NCBI RefSeq assembly: GCF_001194135.2
Contig: NC_068983.1
Location: 79,383,501 to 79,447,500, forward strand
Length of the DNA: 64,000 nt
Reading direction: 5' to 3'
Origin: Octopus bimaculoides
Taxonomy: Eukaryota
The notes under the pieces were generated by a model, which saw nothing but the letters and a program-made list of their open reading frames with translations, ran no database searches and was not told the DNA's origin. Below, piece by piece: positions 13,331 to 27,880 of this stretch; the first letter of the stretch is position 1, and each line of letters begins with the position of its first letter. The translations under genes were made by a program, and so were the position numbers.

Positions 13331-15450
13331 TTGGTGATAGTTGGGACTGTGATAATAATTGTGGTGATGGAAATCTATTTCATATTGGAGATTTCACTTT
13401 GTTGTAGAAACTATCGCTTCTGTTACAAATTTTGTAATGCACATAAATATTGTCTGCAAATTCATGCTGGTAATGGCTGCAGCATGTATGTGATCAATGA
13501 AACCTGGCATAACAGATACTAAGTACAATTATGATGATAGTGATGATTGGCTCTAAGCTTTGGCACAATGGGTGCTCTTCGATTTGTGTCACTTTTTCTG
13601 ACAAATACAATTAAGACTGGAACAATATACCATAGAATTTAGTTCCAGCTTGCCAATATAACTCTAATATTATGTTTGAATATTTTATTCCTATTTCTTA
13701 CTGGTGATTTACCACAGAGTAATTGCATTGTGTAATCAGTAGATATTACAATTAATGTGAGTCAGTTTTTAAGTTCCATGTTGAAAAAAACTGTTGGCAT
13801 TTCACCATTTTACTTTGTTTTATTGCAAGTAAAAAGAGCCCAAAACAAAACAAAATATAAAATGACAAGTTTTGGGGGATTATTGTCATTAATGTATTCT
13901 TATGACAACTTTTTGCTTACAAAGGCCAGAGAGAGAGAAAAAAAGAAAACGAAGAAATGACTATGTTAAAAAAAATAGATAGCCATTAAAACTACAAAGT
14001 TATTATATGTAAATGAATTTAAATCAACTAATATAAATCCTTACTGAACATCAGCTTTAAAATTTGATCAGAGATATTGATCAGTAAATATTTAAAAGAT
14101 ATGCAAATAGAAAACTATTTAAAGATGCAGTTACATACTGAATCAGTTCAGACTGAAAAATAAGGCAGTCAAAAGTTAAAACTCCAGACCATATTTAGTT
14201 CACTGATTTTTATTAAATATTGAAGACGAAGAATAACACTTCAATTTTTATTGTTGGTCATAGTTGTTGCTGTGATACAGATTCTTCGAACATTGCAGCT
14301 AATAAATTCTAGTTTCTCTTTTAATTGGTATATAGGATTTAATAAAATACAATAAATATTATGTTTGATTTTGTTTACAAAAGCTGGAAAGTTATTAAAA
14401 TAAAATCGAATTTTGACATACGTATCGTGGAATTGTGATAAAATGAGCATAGCTGTACAACAGAAGAATAGTTTGATTAAAGAACTAAGGGAATCAGTAT
14501 TTTAGCAGAATGTCATGAAAAACATTACAAAAAGAACTGTTGCATTGTGAACATGATACCTGTAGCTATATAGTTGGAAATTCAATTTGCGAGACTATTG
14601 ATAGGCTGAAGAAATTTTAATATAACTGATTAAATTGTAGGAAAGTATCTTAGAGGAATGGAAAAATTGGGTTCCTGTCAAACGAATTTTCTGATGTGAA
14701 AGCATTTGAAATGTTTAGTTATTTTTTCATTTAAAATTGTGCATGTATAGCTGCATGTGCATGTATGCCTAAATATATGCATATATTGTTTACTATTAAG
14801 TCTGTGTAAATAATATACATAAATCTGTGGGTATCATAGTCAGAATATCTCTAGTTCTATTGACTGAATTAAATAATGTTTCCGACAAAAAATAAATAGA
14901 ACATTACTAAAAAAGGGGTAATATATTATTTGAAGGAATGACACCCATACACATTAAATATAATTAATACAGACTAACTTTCATAAATGCATGCATATGC
15001 ACACACATAGATGTAAGCATATATGTACCATAAGTATATACATATAAACATATATTTTGTATACACTGCTCAGTTGCACTACAACTTGTTGGAAAATATT
15101 AAAAGAGGGGACAGAAAGCAGCCATATAAGTCAAGTAAAGAAAGACAGCAATGAAAGCTATAAGTACATGTACAATACACAGAATAAAGCACAAAATGAC
15201 AGAAAGACATAAAAGTACTATAAAGAGGAAAGGGTGCTTAGGCACACCAGGAATAGTGTTGGAAAATTTTGGGAAGCATGGAATCTTTGAAGGAAAGTAG
15301 TGGAGATGGGCAATGGTAAAGGATATTGATAAATGATGATAATGAGTCTTTTTTGAAGAAGAGGAAATGATGGTTAGCAGTACAGAATGGTGATAATAGG
15401 GGTCACAAATAGATCTAATCTGATCCAACCCTTTGTTACATATGCCTTAT

Positions 15451-15489
<39 letters not shown>

Positions 15490-16132
15490 GATAAGGATGT
15501 TGAGAGATGAGAAATGAATACAAACATATTATGCCATCCCTAGTAACTTGGGTACCATGATATGAAGAATGGGAGAGAAGATGGAGACTATTGATGAAAC
15601 AAGACTCAGCAGCAGATGTAGACTCAACAAGCAACATAATGGCTGAGAAACTCAAATGTTGATATATTATACATTCCAGCCGCTCTCACTACCATTATAC
15701 ATACATACACATACATACGCACACATATTAGCATCCTCATTACTAAGACAATATTCTAAGGCCAGATGTCCTTCCTGTTACTAGCCCTTGTTTTTTAAGT
15801 AAACTATTTTCAATTTCTCTGTTATTTTTTTAACTTGAGGCCACCAAGCTACATGGGCCTATATTTTATGAGACATAAACATGGACACCATTTTTGCTCT
15901 TACAGTGGTAAAGAAAAGACATGCTAAAATATTTTCCCATAGTCACACACATAGAGTTTTTTATACAGTTTCTGTCAATCAAATTTTACTCATGAAGTAT
16001 TGATAGTATTGATAAGCTGGAAGCTGTTGTAGAAGACTCTTGCCCAAAGTACCATTCTGTATGATGGAATCCCAGAGTACAAGCTTGCGAAGTGAACTTT
16101 TTATCCCAGTATCCATGCCTGCACCTCATATC

Positions 16133-16321
16133 TTTTAGTTGTTTCAGTCATTAGACTGCGGCCATGCTGGGGCACCACCTTGAGGAATTTTAGTCAAACT
16201 AATTGACCACAACAGTTATCTTCTTCTTAAGCTGGTATTTAGTGTATCAGTCTTTTTTGCTGAACTGCTAAGTTACAGGGACATAAACACACCAACACAA
16301 GTTGTCAAGCAATTCTGGGAG

Positions 16322-16367
<46 letters not shown>

Positions 16368-16480
16368 TGGTCTTCTTTTAGTTTCCATCTAGCATATCCA
16401 CTCACCAAACTTTGAGTACCACACAGTGGGACTGAACCCAGAACCTTGTAGTTGGGAAGCAAACTCCTTCCCACACAGTC
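16133..16480 (-). mobile_element. tRNA-derived SINE, same family as 3740-4101
   Basis: Tail gtttcagtcattagactgcggccatgctggggcaccacc, central (CA)n and head cagtgggactgaacccagaacc...ttcccacacag. Confidence 0.9.
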
Positions 16481-17829
16481 ACAGTCATTCCTCTGCCAGC
16501 CAGCACAGCTGTGCATTATACAATAGAACATGCAAATCTTCGGCCAAACTCAAGAGTCATACAAGGGCCTCTCATTGCATCATCAATGACTCATTTCAAC
16601 AATTCTTTTTAGCAATAGCATTGCTTGAATACAAGAAAGCAGCTACTACATACATACATACATGGATATATATGTATGTATACACACAGACATATACTCA
16701 CATGTACATATATGTACAAACACATACACATATATATAGATTGACAGATAGACAAAGAGATATATTGATATACTTCAGCATTCTTTCTTTTTTCTTTTTT
16801 CTTAAAGATTACTTATCTATTTTCTTTATCAATTAATGTATATGATATCCTAACTACAGATCAACCGATCAATACAACCCCCCTTATTACTGAACCATTA
16901 TTTTAAAATTTCTATTGCTATCTAGTATCTTATTGTGTAATATTTTTATCATTGAGTATCTTAAACATTTCGGTTTAATTTTGAAAATGAATCAATGAAA
17001 CTGAAATATTCATTGAACATTAGTTGAGGTCTGTTTCTGTTTCAGAAATGTAATTTACATTTTCTTGTTTAGATCCTTTAAAGCTATGATGAATATATTC
17101 TTCTCTCATGACATAATGGTCTATTTCCTTTATTTATATGATAGAACAATATTTTTATAGCTATATCTCTTCTAGATTAACTGAAGGAATAAAATCAGAT
17201 GTTGAATATTAATGAAATGTATAATATCCATATTATATATTATTTCAGCTTACTAAGGATTGCAAATGTCTATTTTGGATTTCATCTCAGCAGCTACTGA
17301 ATATTATACTGCTGCATAGTTTCTCTTGATAGGGACTTCAGAATAAATGTGTTATTATATATTTGTTTGGACCGTTTGAAATAACAGCTAAATCTCTCTC
17401 CAATCACACCCTAAAATATGAAAACACATTTGATAGAGGAACACTTTTCTTGGAAGACAGTGGCTCCCATAGTTATAATTTGAATGCCTATAGTTGCAGG
17501 TTTTCCCAAGCAGAGCTGATTAGAGCTAAACATCCAGAACACTAACTGTATAATTAAGGCTAACACACACAGCTATCATTGCAGTCATTGCTTCAAATTT
17601 GATCAGTATAGCTATTTCAATTAGTTAATCTGAGAAGTTGACAATAAGTCCTTTATATACACACACGTGAGAGAGAGAGATAGAGAGGTGGGGGAGAGAT
17701 CTGTTATTTTGAAGTTAAGTAGAGCAGCAGTATTCATAATCTATGTTCGATCCTTTCCAACTGGTAATATTGATCTAGTGGATATTTAACATGAAATTCT
17801 AAAAATTGGTGTGTAAAAGGAAAAAGGCT

Positions 17830-18070
17830 TGTTATGAAGGTAATTTCTCAGGACTGCAGTCTTGTGCTGAAAAAATTGTTTAGCGTACATTTTCTGAATA
17901 AGACAAAATAAAAGTGATAATAGTGGAGAAGTATGTGCATGGGTGGCACACAGATTACTAGGTCAGGAAAACAGAAATCATTACTGTAACTGAAAAGAAT
18001 TGCATGTATATGAAGAGCTGTTGTAAAGCATTGGTGAATGAAGATCTGACAACAATATGAAGTAAGATGC
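17830..18070 (+). mobile_element. Possible very old mariner N-terminal fragment
   Basis: RSGKQK followed, with a frameshift, by ITVTEKN...KALVNEDLTTI, which weakly resembles mariner RSGRP..T.EN...LI.EDRRIT. The match is weak. Confidence 0.25.
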
Positions 18071-20339
18071 TTGTACGTCAATCAGCAACTTTTTTAAAGG
18101 AGGATGATATAATATTTGACAAGTCAAAATGAATGCTTTTTTTTTTTTTGAAGATGAAACATGCCCTTGTTAAAAAATACAAAATATTATTAGTGACAGA
18201 GGCAGTTTTAATACCGAGAGGTAATATTTATCCCCACTTAAACGTGGATGTTCTGTTAGAACAAGTTATATTGCAGTAGATACCACAAGATAAACTCTCA
18301 TATTGGCTTTTGGTGTAAAATTCACTCTTCTTTATATCACTAGTACAGAGATAAAGTCCCACCACCTCCAGTTCTGAGACCACCAGATCATGTAATTTCG
18401 ACCTTCTTTGGTCTAGTCAATGATGTATGCTCAACTGCTAGAGACAGCAGAACTCATCTCCCCACCAGTGATATATATAGAATAATAGTAAGGTTACAAA
18501 ATATGCCGGTAACAAAATATGCCGGCTTTAGATATGTCAAAGACAACAACAATACTCTTGTCAAAGTTTCAAAGGCAAATAACTGTTGGTGTATCATGTA
18601 AGAAATCAGAAGAGCATACAGCTCTCAAAGAAAACACTACTTTTCACATAACAGAATCTTGTAAATAATATTGTCTGTGGTTTGTTCTTCCTCTCAAAAT
18701 TAGAATATTTATTTAAATGAATGACCTTTAACCTATCAATAACACATTCAAAATAATTTTTTGTATTATGCATATAGACATGATTTTAAATAAAGTTATA
18801 TCTTTATCTTCATTTCATGTATAGTATATAGAGGCATTTCATGAGATTTTCACAGTCCAAATGTCTTCCAGTTTGATCAATAGTAAATTGATTTGCCAGT
18901 TTTGTTAACTTGTATTATAAAAGAGAATTTCATTTTTCATCTCTTCTGATTTCTGGTTATTCTTATCTAAATTATAGCTTCTATTAATTTTTCTAGACAA
19001 TGCAAAATAATGTTTATTACATTTATCGTGTTGACCAATCATTTTGATATAGCATATCCTTCATCAACAGAAGCTGCTAGCCAGAAAATGATGATACACC
19101 AAAGTTTAAATCAAGCAGTTTCCTATATATCAAAAATGCTAAATTCTGCCAAAATCATTAAAAAAAATTCTTTATGTATATGTGTGTCTGTCTAGAATAA
19201 TAAAGTAACAGGACTAAATTGTAGTTTTGCAATGGACTTTGAGGGTTAGAATTTACTTATTTGAATATTTCGTTTGGCAGATTAGGAAGAGTTTCTATAT
19301 GTAATGAAAAGCTGCTGAAGAAATTTGTTTATTTCTAATTGTAAATATTCTTCTAAAAACAATTAATATAGTATAAATAAAATTGAGAACTGAGAATAAC
19401 AACATTCTTTGTTCTAAAATGTTATGATTAGTATTGTTCCTTTATTTCTCTGATATTAAGTTAAGATTTGACCTTATTAAAAACGCTAACTCATAAGATA
19501 ATCATCGCTAAAATTTATATATTTATTTTTGTTGGACATTTAATATCTATTATTTAATTTACTAAGTATTCTTCAAGTGTATTAAATTCTGATAATTAGT
19601 ACAATTAGTAAGAAGTATTTTAGAGCCAAACCCAAATAAATGACAGATATTTCAAAAAAGAAAGAAAAAATGGTGATATCCTTGTTAGTTAACAACATAA
19701 TGTTTTATTGTATGGAGTAACATGACTTCCATAAAACAACTATTCTTTTCTATTCTGTATAATGGTTTCAAATTTTGGCATAAGGTCAGCAGATTTTGAA
19801 TGGAGTGGAAGTCAATTACATCAGCTCCAGCACCTGACTAGTACTATTTTATCAACACTAAAAGGATGACAGGCAAAGCTGACCTCAGTGGAATTTGAGC
19901 TGAGAGTGTAAAGATGGACAAAATGCTGCTAACCATTTTTTCTGGCATGTTAACAGTTCTGCCAGTTTGTTGCCTTCTCTATTCTGCATACTGATATCTG
20001 CTTGTCATTCAGTCATGTTTATCAAATGTGTAAAACTCGCACAGGAGAAATCAAATAAAGATGGTAATCTTTAATTATAATTTCAGACAAGTAATTTTTC
20101 AGAATCTTTTGATAAAAGTAGATATTACTTTCTCTTGTTTCTTGCAAATGAATTACGATCAAAGGAAAAATTTATTTTATGTGTATTGAATGTGCTGTTT
20201 CATTGGAATTCTAACATTTTAACTGAATTCAAATTTTTCAGATAAACTTTGGATTCCTCTTAAAAAATAAAATAAGTTTTAGGCATTAGCATGCTATGAG
20301 ATTTAAAACAATCAGTGGTCTTTCTGACCAGAATGCAGT

Positions 20340-21130
20340 AATTATATTTGGATTGGTCGCAATCTCATAACGGTGTATCTTTTATCCTTACTGACTTGCT
20401 GACTCTTGAGGAAGGGACAGTATGTTTGACCTTTGTGAGTTCTCTGAGATTGGTGAACTTGATTCCATTACTCCTCCATTTAAACTGTTCCAGGTCAACA
20501 CCTGCAAGAAGGACACATGCAGGGAGCAAATTCCTGAGAACTGATATACTGGTCATAGTGTTTTGTGTAGAATTGGGTTTGAGCCCAACCAAACTGATAT
20601 TTTCTTAATATGAGTGATACTTGAGTATTTTTTACTGTTAAGAGATAAAGTTGGTATAGTCCCCACTAAAGAATATTCTCAAGGACACTGTTCATAGAAG
20701 CAATGCAGGTTTGACATGTGGTGTCTCAGTTACATTTGGATGATGTGTCATTGAGGAAACATATGGAAGAATGAAAGGTTGTATCATCTTAATAAGTTAG
20801 TTTTGTTGGATATGGTGGCAAGTAGGGTTGTTCATGTATAAAAAGAAGAGAGTGGGGTTGTATGATAAAACTGAAACTTGGGTTGGAAAAACCCCTTTCA
20901 GTACATCACAATGGTATGATCAAACAGTAGCTATCAAATCAAGAGGTTGGTGGGACCCAAGAAGTTGGTGGAACTCGTAGGCAAGAAGTTTCAATTGGAG
21001 ATTCACGAGCCAGGTATATTCAAAGGCTTTGCTGATGCCCAAGGCCAAACCTTGATCTTTTCCAAAACAAGAGCCTACTGGTTAGCGACATAAGGGAGTA
21101 GGTTGCCATTTATTGTCTTCTTTACCAAAA
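20340..21130 (-). pseudogene. Decayed LINE RT domain (CR1/Jockey-like)
   Basis: The minus strand gives GISKAFEYTWLVNLQLKLLAYEFHQLL (cf. LDISKAFDRVWH.NLL.KL.SYG), then GVFPTQVSVLSYNPTLFFLYMN (cf. GVPQGSVLSPTLFLLYIND) and DDTTFHSSICF. Confidence 0.8.
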
Positions 21131-23569
21131 TATGCCTTTATTTATATTAAGTAGAGATATCTATGTATCCTTATTTTAAAATTTTCATTTACATTAGCTG
21201 TATTTAATTAAATACTCACATTTTTTCTTTCATGTTAAAGACATTTCTGCATTCCATTAATTGTTTTCCCCTTGGCATGAATAACTTGTACATTCTTTTC
21301 TACTTAAACTATCCCATGTATCATGCTGGAAATCTTCTGCAGATGGTCGCTTTCGAAACATGTATGTTTGTTTTAATAGGAAGTTAAGATATTCTAATTT
21401 TTGTTCTATAAATAGATGTATTATAATGAATGTCATGCAGAAACGCTACAGGGTGTTGATAGTAAATACAACTACCTTGTTTACTGAAAACATTTTTTTT
21501 GTTCTTGTTAGTTGTCGGATATTTTTTTTAGCGTTTTGGCATAATCATCTTGTGTTGGATAGAAATAATAATAACTACTGAAATAATAGTAACTACACCA
21601 TTTAAACAAGCTTCCATCATGTGTCAGGTTACTTTCTTTTTCACATTTCCATTTAAAATATCAATTTCTAATATGTGCACAGAATGACAAGTTTTGGGGG
21701 AAGTGTATAGGTAGCAGATCATTAGATGAATGGGCACAACACCTTGCAGTATTTAGCAATATCATTTCATTTTTAGTTTAAATCCTACTGAAGTCATGAT
21801 TCACTAGAAAATTGCCCATGTGATCAACAAAATCTGACCAATCACGACGTTGAATATTGAATAAGTTCCAGCAATGATTTATTTCTTTTGGCAATCTTCA
21901 TTCTGAGTCTATCAACCAGTATAAATTCAGTATGTTGTGAACGCTCCACAGAGAGCTTTGGTAGGAGTTGACCAACAGAAATGGTGGACAGTAGCTAACA
22001 ACACAAAGACAATGAACAGTCAGGGGACAAACAACATTAGGAGTCAGTAATTGGCAAGCAACTAATCGCACTTTATCTGCTACTATAACTACAGTAAGAA
22101 CAAAAACTGTTGATGGTTTGTCGTTCATATCATTTCTTGCATACAAAAAGAATATATTCTTGTTTATCAATATCTCAACAGACTCCAGTGTTTCTTTCCA
22201 TACACATCTTTAAATTTCTTGAAACAAAGAAAGTGACAAAATTTAAAGAAGGCCTATCTGATACATCTACAATATCTAATTTCACAGCCCTCTGTTCTGA
22301 ATTCAACTCCTGTTAGGATTAAATGGGTTTACTTTTAATGTTGATGGGGAAGTGGTGCAAGGGTGGCTAAGTGAGAATATATGTATCACACTTATTACTA
22401 AGTGCAAATGATCCTCATTTCTCTTCTTCTGAATCTTTGTTACTCTCTCTCTTCTCTCTCCTTTTTCGATTTGTAATATAAATAATATTTCCTTTATTTA
22501 TATATTGAATTCTAGCATTCAAACAGGTATAGCTGTGTGCTTAGGAAGTTTGGCAACTATCTCATTTTGAATTTAGTCTTGCACTTTGCAGTACCTTGTA
22601 CCAGTGTTATAGCTTAGTGATCTGACAGAATCATTAGCATGTTGGTCAAAACACTTAGCAACATTTCTTTAGGCTCCTTTCATCCTGAGTTCATATTCTA
22701 CAAAGGTCAAATTTACCTTTTGTTTTCTCAAGTTGATTACATAAAGTACCAGTGAAGCACTGTTTTTGATGTAATCAACTAGCCTCTCACCCTAGAATAG
22801 TAACCTTGTGCCAAAATTTTAAATGGTTATAACCCTAGGTTATAACCATTTAACATTGTAAATGAACATTAGAAGATAGAAACTATATGGAATCCTGTTC
22901 TATGGTTTAACACCAAAACCTATGTCATAAATGCCTTTAGCAGAGTTCATATTTTGTTGCAAACATTCAGGATGGGCCTCTAGTTTGAGGATGTCATCTT
23001 TTCCTCCCATCAGTCTTGGGTACTTGGATAGGGGTAAAAAGAAAATGGCAAAAGATGGATATATAATGGTATTTGCTTTTAATAGTTTTAGATCTCTTTT
23101 GAGGAATTAATATCTAATTATTTACCTCATGTGTGTATACACATACATGCAACAGGTTTATCTGCAGTTTCCATGAACCAAATTTTATTTGAAAAGCTAC
23201 TGAAGACAGTTGCCTAGGATTGCCACACTGTAGAACTGACACTAAAAGCAAACTTCTTTACTGCATGATCATGACTGTATCTTTCTGCTTGCTTGTTTGT
23301 TTGTGTGTGTGTGTGTGTGTGAATATATAAAAGATGTTATGGCTATTGTAGAAGGCTTTTGGCTAAAGGTTAGCCTAATCAAGACAGACCTGAGGGATAA
23401 ATGATAGTGCCTTTAATCAGAAATGCTTCATTAAATTTACTGAAACTTATGCATAAACAATGCATGTGGCATCATTTTATTTTGTTTCAAATTTCATTAA
23501 ATATTGCATAAATAATAACATTCTTGAAATAAAAAAAAATACTCATTAATTTTTTTTTTTTGCATAATT

Positions 23570-23824
23570 ATTAACTATTTTCATACCAACCCACCTGAGA
23601 CTACCCTCGTTTATGATATAAAAAATATCTACTTTGATGTGTTAATATTTAAATTTAAACCTTCCATCATAATTTTATGTAATTTTATGTGTTAAATGTC
23701 AAATTAATAATGGAGAAGTCGTTTATGTCACTAAACCTCCTCCAAATTCTTGATTGTTTTAATAAAAATTAATCAAAACAGTTAGGTAGAGCATTTCATT
23801 AGAACTATGTTAATGAAAGGGTTA
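23570..23824. mobile_element. Degenerate piggyBac-like (TTAA) MITE, second family
   Basis: Starts ttaactattttcataccaaccc and ends ttaatgaaagggttaa, which are decayed TTAACCCTTTC-type termini. Confidence 0.5.
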
Positions 23825-26800
23825 AAGAGATTACGCATGTTTTTATTACATCATTTCAAAAATGAAGTTTTTAGTCTAATTTTATATGCATTTCTTTATT
23901 TAGATATAAATTCCTCATGAATGTTGGATCATTGTGTCATTTTTCTAACAGACAGCAGACATCATTACGTATCCATGTTAGTGACCTGACATTGCCATAA
24001 CTGAAGAATTTGTCTGTTTAATCCATTTGTAGAAGTTGAAATAATAGCTGACATTTATCAAAATTGTTTAACATTTAAATGTCTGCTTCTCTATATCAGC
24101 CTGAAGTAGATATATCTGCTTGCTTTTGTTGTCATTAATAATGATTATGATGATGTAACCATAGTTGTTACCACTTGTTTGGTTCTAATATAATTTTCTT
24201 AGCATTATATCATATTGTATGCATGTTAAATAAAGACCAAGTCAGTTTCTAGGGAAACGTTTTGTTTTTACAAAGACACATAGACAGTTTCAAGACTAGC
24301 GTGGTGGTGGTTGTTGTTTAACCTTAGACTAACTCTGATTGAGCAAAACTGTGATTGAAGTCATTCCAGTTGTGGCCATCCCATGTATTCAGACATGGTT
24401 TATATATATATATATATATTTTTTGTAAATTGTTTTTTAATCATTTGGTCATAAAAAGAAAGACAGCATCTATGACGCTTTTTTTTCTTCTTTTTGAGCT
24501 TCTGAGATTGATGGAAAGGAATAGAATGAATTATTCACACACTGGAGTCTGCTGAAGTCAATGAAGGACAAGGTCATAGTTTAAAAAGCCTATGACTCAA
24601 GAACATGATTGATGGTCTATTTGATGGCTTTCTACAGTTTCTGTTAAATTTCATTCATAAGGCTTTAGTCTATTTGAGATTATAATAGAGTACACTTGCT
24701 CATGGCACCATGTAGTGGGATTGAAGCTGAAACCATACAGCAGTAAAGTAAGCTCCTTAACCACACAGCCATGTTTGCATTATTTCAGACTAAATTATCT
24801 CTGTTCCTTTTTTCTTTTTTTTTAAGTAGTGATTTAAGAGAGATTTGGCTTCTATTTCTAGCATCTCAAGCAGTTATATAAAGGCTTCGTCATTAGCTTC
24901 TGACTGGTGGGGTTGATATATTTTTTTTTGTTTCTTGATGAGTTAAGGAATTTTTGGCTGGTATTTCTAGAATGTTGAATAACCTCATAGAGGTGCTGTT
25001 GTTGATTCATGATGCTCTTTTTCATCCCATGAGGCTTCTTTGCTGGAGTTTATATTGTGTGTACACATCTTGGAATTCTGAAGGCTGATATATGAAGTGT
25101 TGGTGGTAGGTTCACAGATATACAGGAATATATTATATCCCTTGCAAAATATACCAGAATTCATATGAAACTGCCATTGATAGTTGTTACTGTCTTTGAG
25201 AAATTCACATATAATTCCATAGAAAAACAGAAGAACTTGACTAAGGTGTGTTTAATGCATAGTTGAGACACAATAAGAAAACTGAAAAGAAGAGACAAGT
25301 AAATTAGATGGTAGCTGCACTGAAGTGCTTTCAAGAAAAAGGATTTGGTGCTTTGTAATATAATAACAAAGCAATTTTTAAGTAAATCTGGCACCATGAG
25401 AGTAAAATTGGTTGTTAATGAATAAACCAACATAAAATTATCAAAACAATTATTGGTATGTACTTTCAACCCTGTCAAGCAATATTCCTGCTGTTGTGGG
25501 AATAGGTTAAACATCATCTCAGCTGGATTCCAGTAAAGCAGTAACAAACAACCCACATAGAAAACAGAAGGTGCAGATGATTCTGTTCATTAGTTAACCT
25601 ACAATCATTACTCTTAAGCTGTAAATGCAACTGTCTACGTTTTTGTTCAGGAGCCCAAATTTTTAACATGGATATCAAGTGATTGATTGTATTTTTTATT
25701 GTTTGCCAGCATAATTTTAAACTAAGGATAGATATGTTTTTCCTTTCAATATAGATCTCATATTGCAGTGTTTGATTTAAATTTTCCTGTTCTGGATTGA
25801 ATCATATTTACTTTTCTCATTTAATATTTTTTGTATATTTCCTAATTTATCTTTGTTTTGATCTTAATAGTATAATGGAAAAAAGTAACTACTGAGAAAT
25901 ATAATATAAAGATAGAAAAATATGCAAAAAGAAATACACTTTCCCTTGGGCACATCTGTTTGTATTGGCTTAAAGCTATATCATTTAATCTTTACTCTAA
26001 ATGTTGTAAAACTCATTTTGATTTATGATAAAATGGTTCTTAACACTGCAGTGACCTAGAATCAACTTAATTCTTATCATTATCCTCCTACATCCTTAAA
26101 TCTTTGAGATGAGAATTGTAAAAAAAAAAAAAAAAAAAAAAAAATGTGCATGGCAAATTGAAGAGATAAACATTGTTTGGGTGGAGGTCTAGAAAGTTCC
26201 TCTATTTTTATTTTTACTTCACTTTACTTATGCCACTTATTCCATTTGATTCTTGATTATCTTCCACTTATATGTCTTCTCCCATGAAAGCAGTGCCTTC
26301 CTTATCTCAAGAATGTAGAACACAAAAGAAGTATAGAGGATTAATACAAGAGCAAGCTTGAATTTGATGATATTTTCTCCTTTAAAATGCTCTTTGGTTC
26401 ATAAACTATTAATTTAGTGGGCTTTCAGTCTTTCTGGATATCTTTTAAATACAGAGTATCAAGATACTTTAGCTAATGGAAATAATTGCATTTATCAGAT
26501 GTTATATTTCTTAGAGTTTATCTGGAATATATATGCCATGTAAAAAAAAAAAAATTAATTTAATTGTTTTTCTTGAAAATAGCTGCAAGGAGTTTCCAAA
26601 TATTTCCATTTTAGATAAGGAATTTAATGGAAATTGAGAAGAAAATTGATAATAAAAGAATATGTGAGCAGTATCCTCAGTTAAATGGGAGGTAGCAAAA
26701 AGGAAGGAAAGTGACCTGTTATAAATATACTATCTGCCATTTACAAGAACATCTAATATAGATGTATGGCCATTTATTGTAGAGTTTGTTAGCAACTGTG

Positions 26801-26949
26801 AAAAATGGTTAATTTTCTCATGAAATATTTTCCTTGTTTTCTTTACTCACAAACCTTACTAAATGTTAATCAGATGGGACAGTCATCAGAACAGTGTTAT
26901 TTAAAAGGAAATATGGAAAATGAATATGAGCTTGCAATTTCAAAGAATG

Positions 26950-27880
26950 ACTGTGTAGTACGAAGTTTGCTTCCCAATTACAGGTTTTTGGGTCCAGTCC
27001 CACTATGTGACACCTTAGGCAAGTATCTTTTACTATAGGCCTTGGCCAGCCTTGTAAGTAGATTTGGTTGATGGAAACTGAAAGAAGCCTATCGTGTGTG
27101 TATAATATAAATGATATAAATATATGCATATATGGGTACAGGACATCACCAACAGTAAACAACATAAAATACACAAACAAATGAGTTCACTACACAAACA
27201 ATGAGAGAAACAAATAGAAAACAGGACAAGTAACATAAAGAATGACCCTTCATCAATTGTCGACTGTCTACCTACTCCTCATTTTGAGCATTGAATGACA
27301 ACATGAGTCTTTGAAGACAGTTGCTCCCATAAGTAGCAAAATAAAATTTGGGATTTATGGAGGGTCAAAGTTGGGAACAAAAACAGGACAGTGGAGACAT
27401 ACAAGGAAACCAAATGAAAACAAACATGGAGAGTCGTGAGACCAGAACAAGGGTAAAATAGCAAACGCTGGAGAAATATTTTCTTTGACCAGAGAAAAAA
27501 TAGACGAGAGAGAGAGATATAGGATACATCCAGTCCTGAAAGAAAAGACAGATGATCACATGAGGAAAAGAAAGATGGAGGATGGTCACGTGTGAGCAAT
27601 GAGAGAGAGTAAAGGAAAAAGAGGTGGATAGAGAGAGAGACACACAGACAGACAGATATGTGCATGTGTGTGTTACTATCTCCTTGGCCTGACATCATAT
27701 GATAGTTGTAATCAAGTGTGCCACCTTCATGCAAGTGATGTCCATCATCTTCAATCTTCTGTGAAAACATGTTTGGTCACTGGGAAATATTACCTTACAT
27801 GGAAACAGGTGAGGGTTGGTGAGAGGAAGGACATCCAGCCATTGAAATTCAAACTGCAGCCCATGGAACTTTCTGAATGG
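26950..27880 (+). mobile_element. SINE (26950-27110 and 27660-27880) split by an unclassified ~550-bp repeat
   Basis: The SINE head and body precede a (TA)-rich junction. The SINE 3' part (ctccttggcctgacatcatatgatagttgtaa...gagaggaaggacatccagcc) resumes at ~27660. Confidence 0.6.

Noticed and set aside
27180-27270. ttgatgaagggtc on the minus strand, resembling a Penelope hammerhead core
   Set aside because: The core starts with U instead of C, and there is no GAAA or stem II closure nearby.
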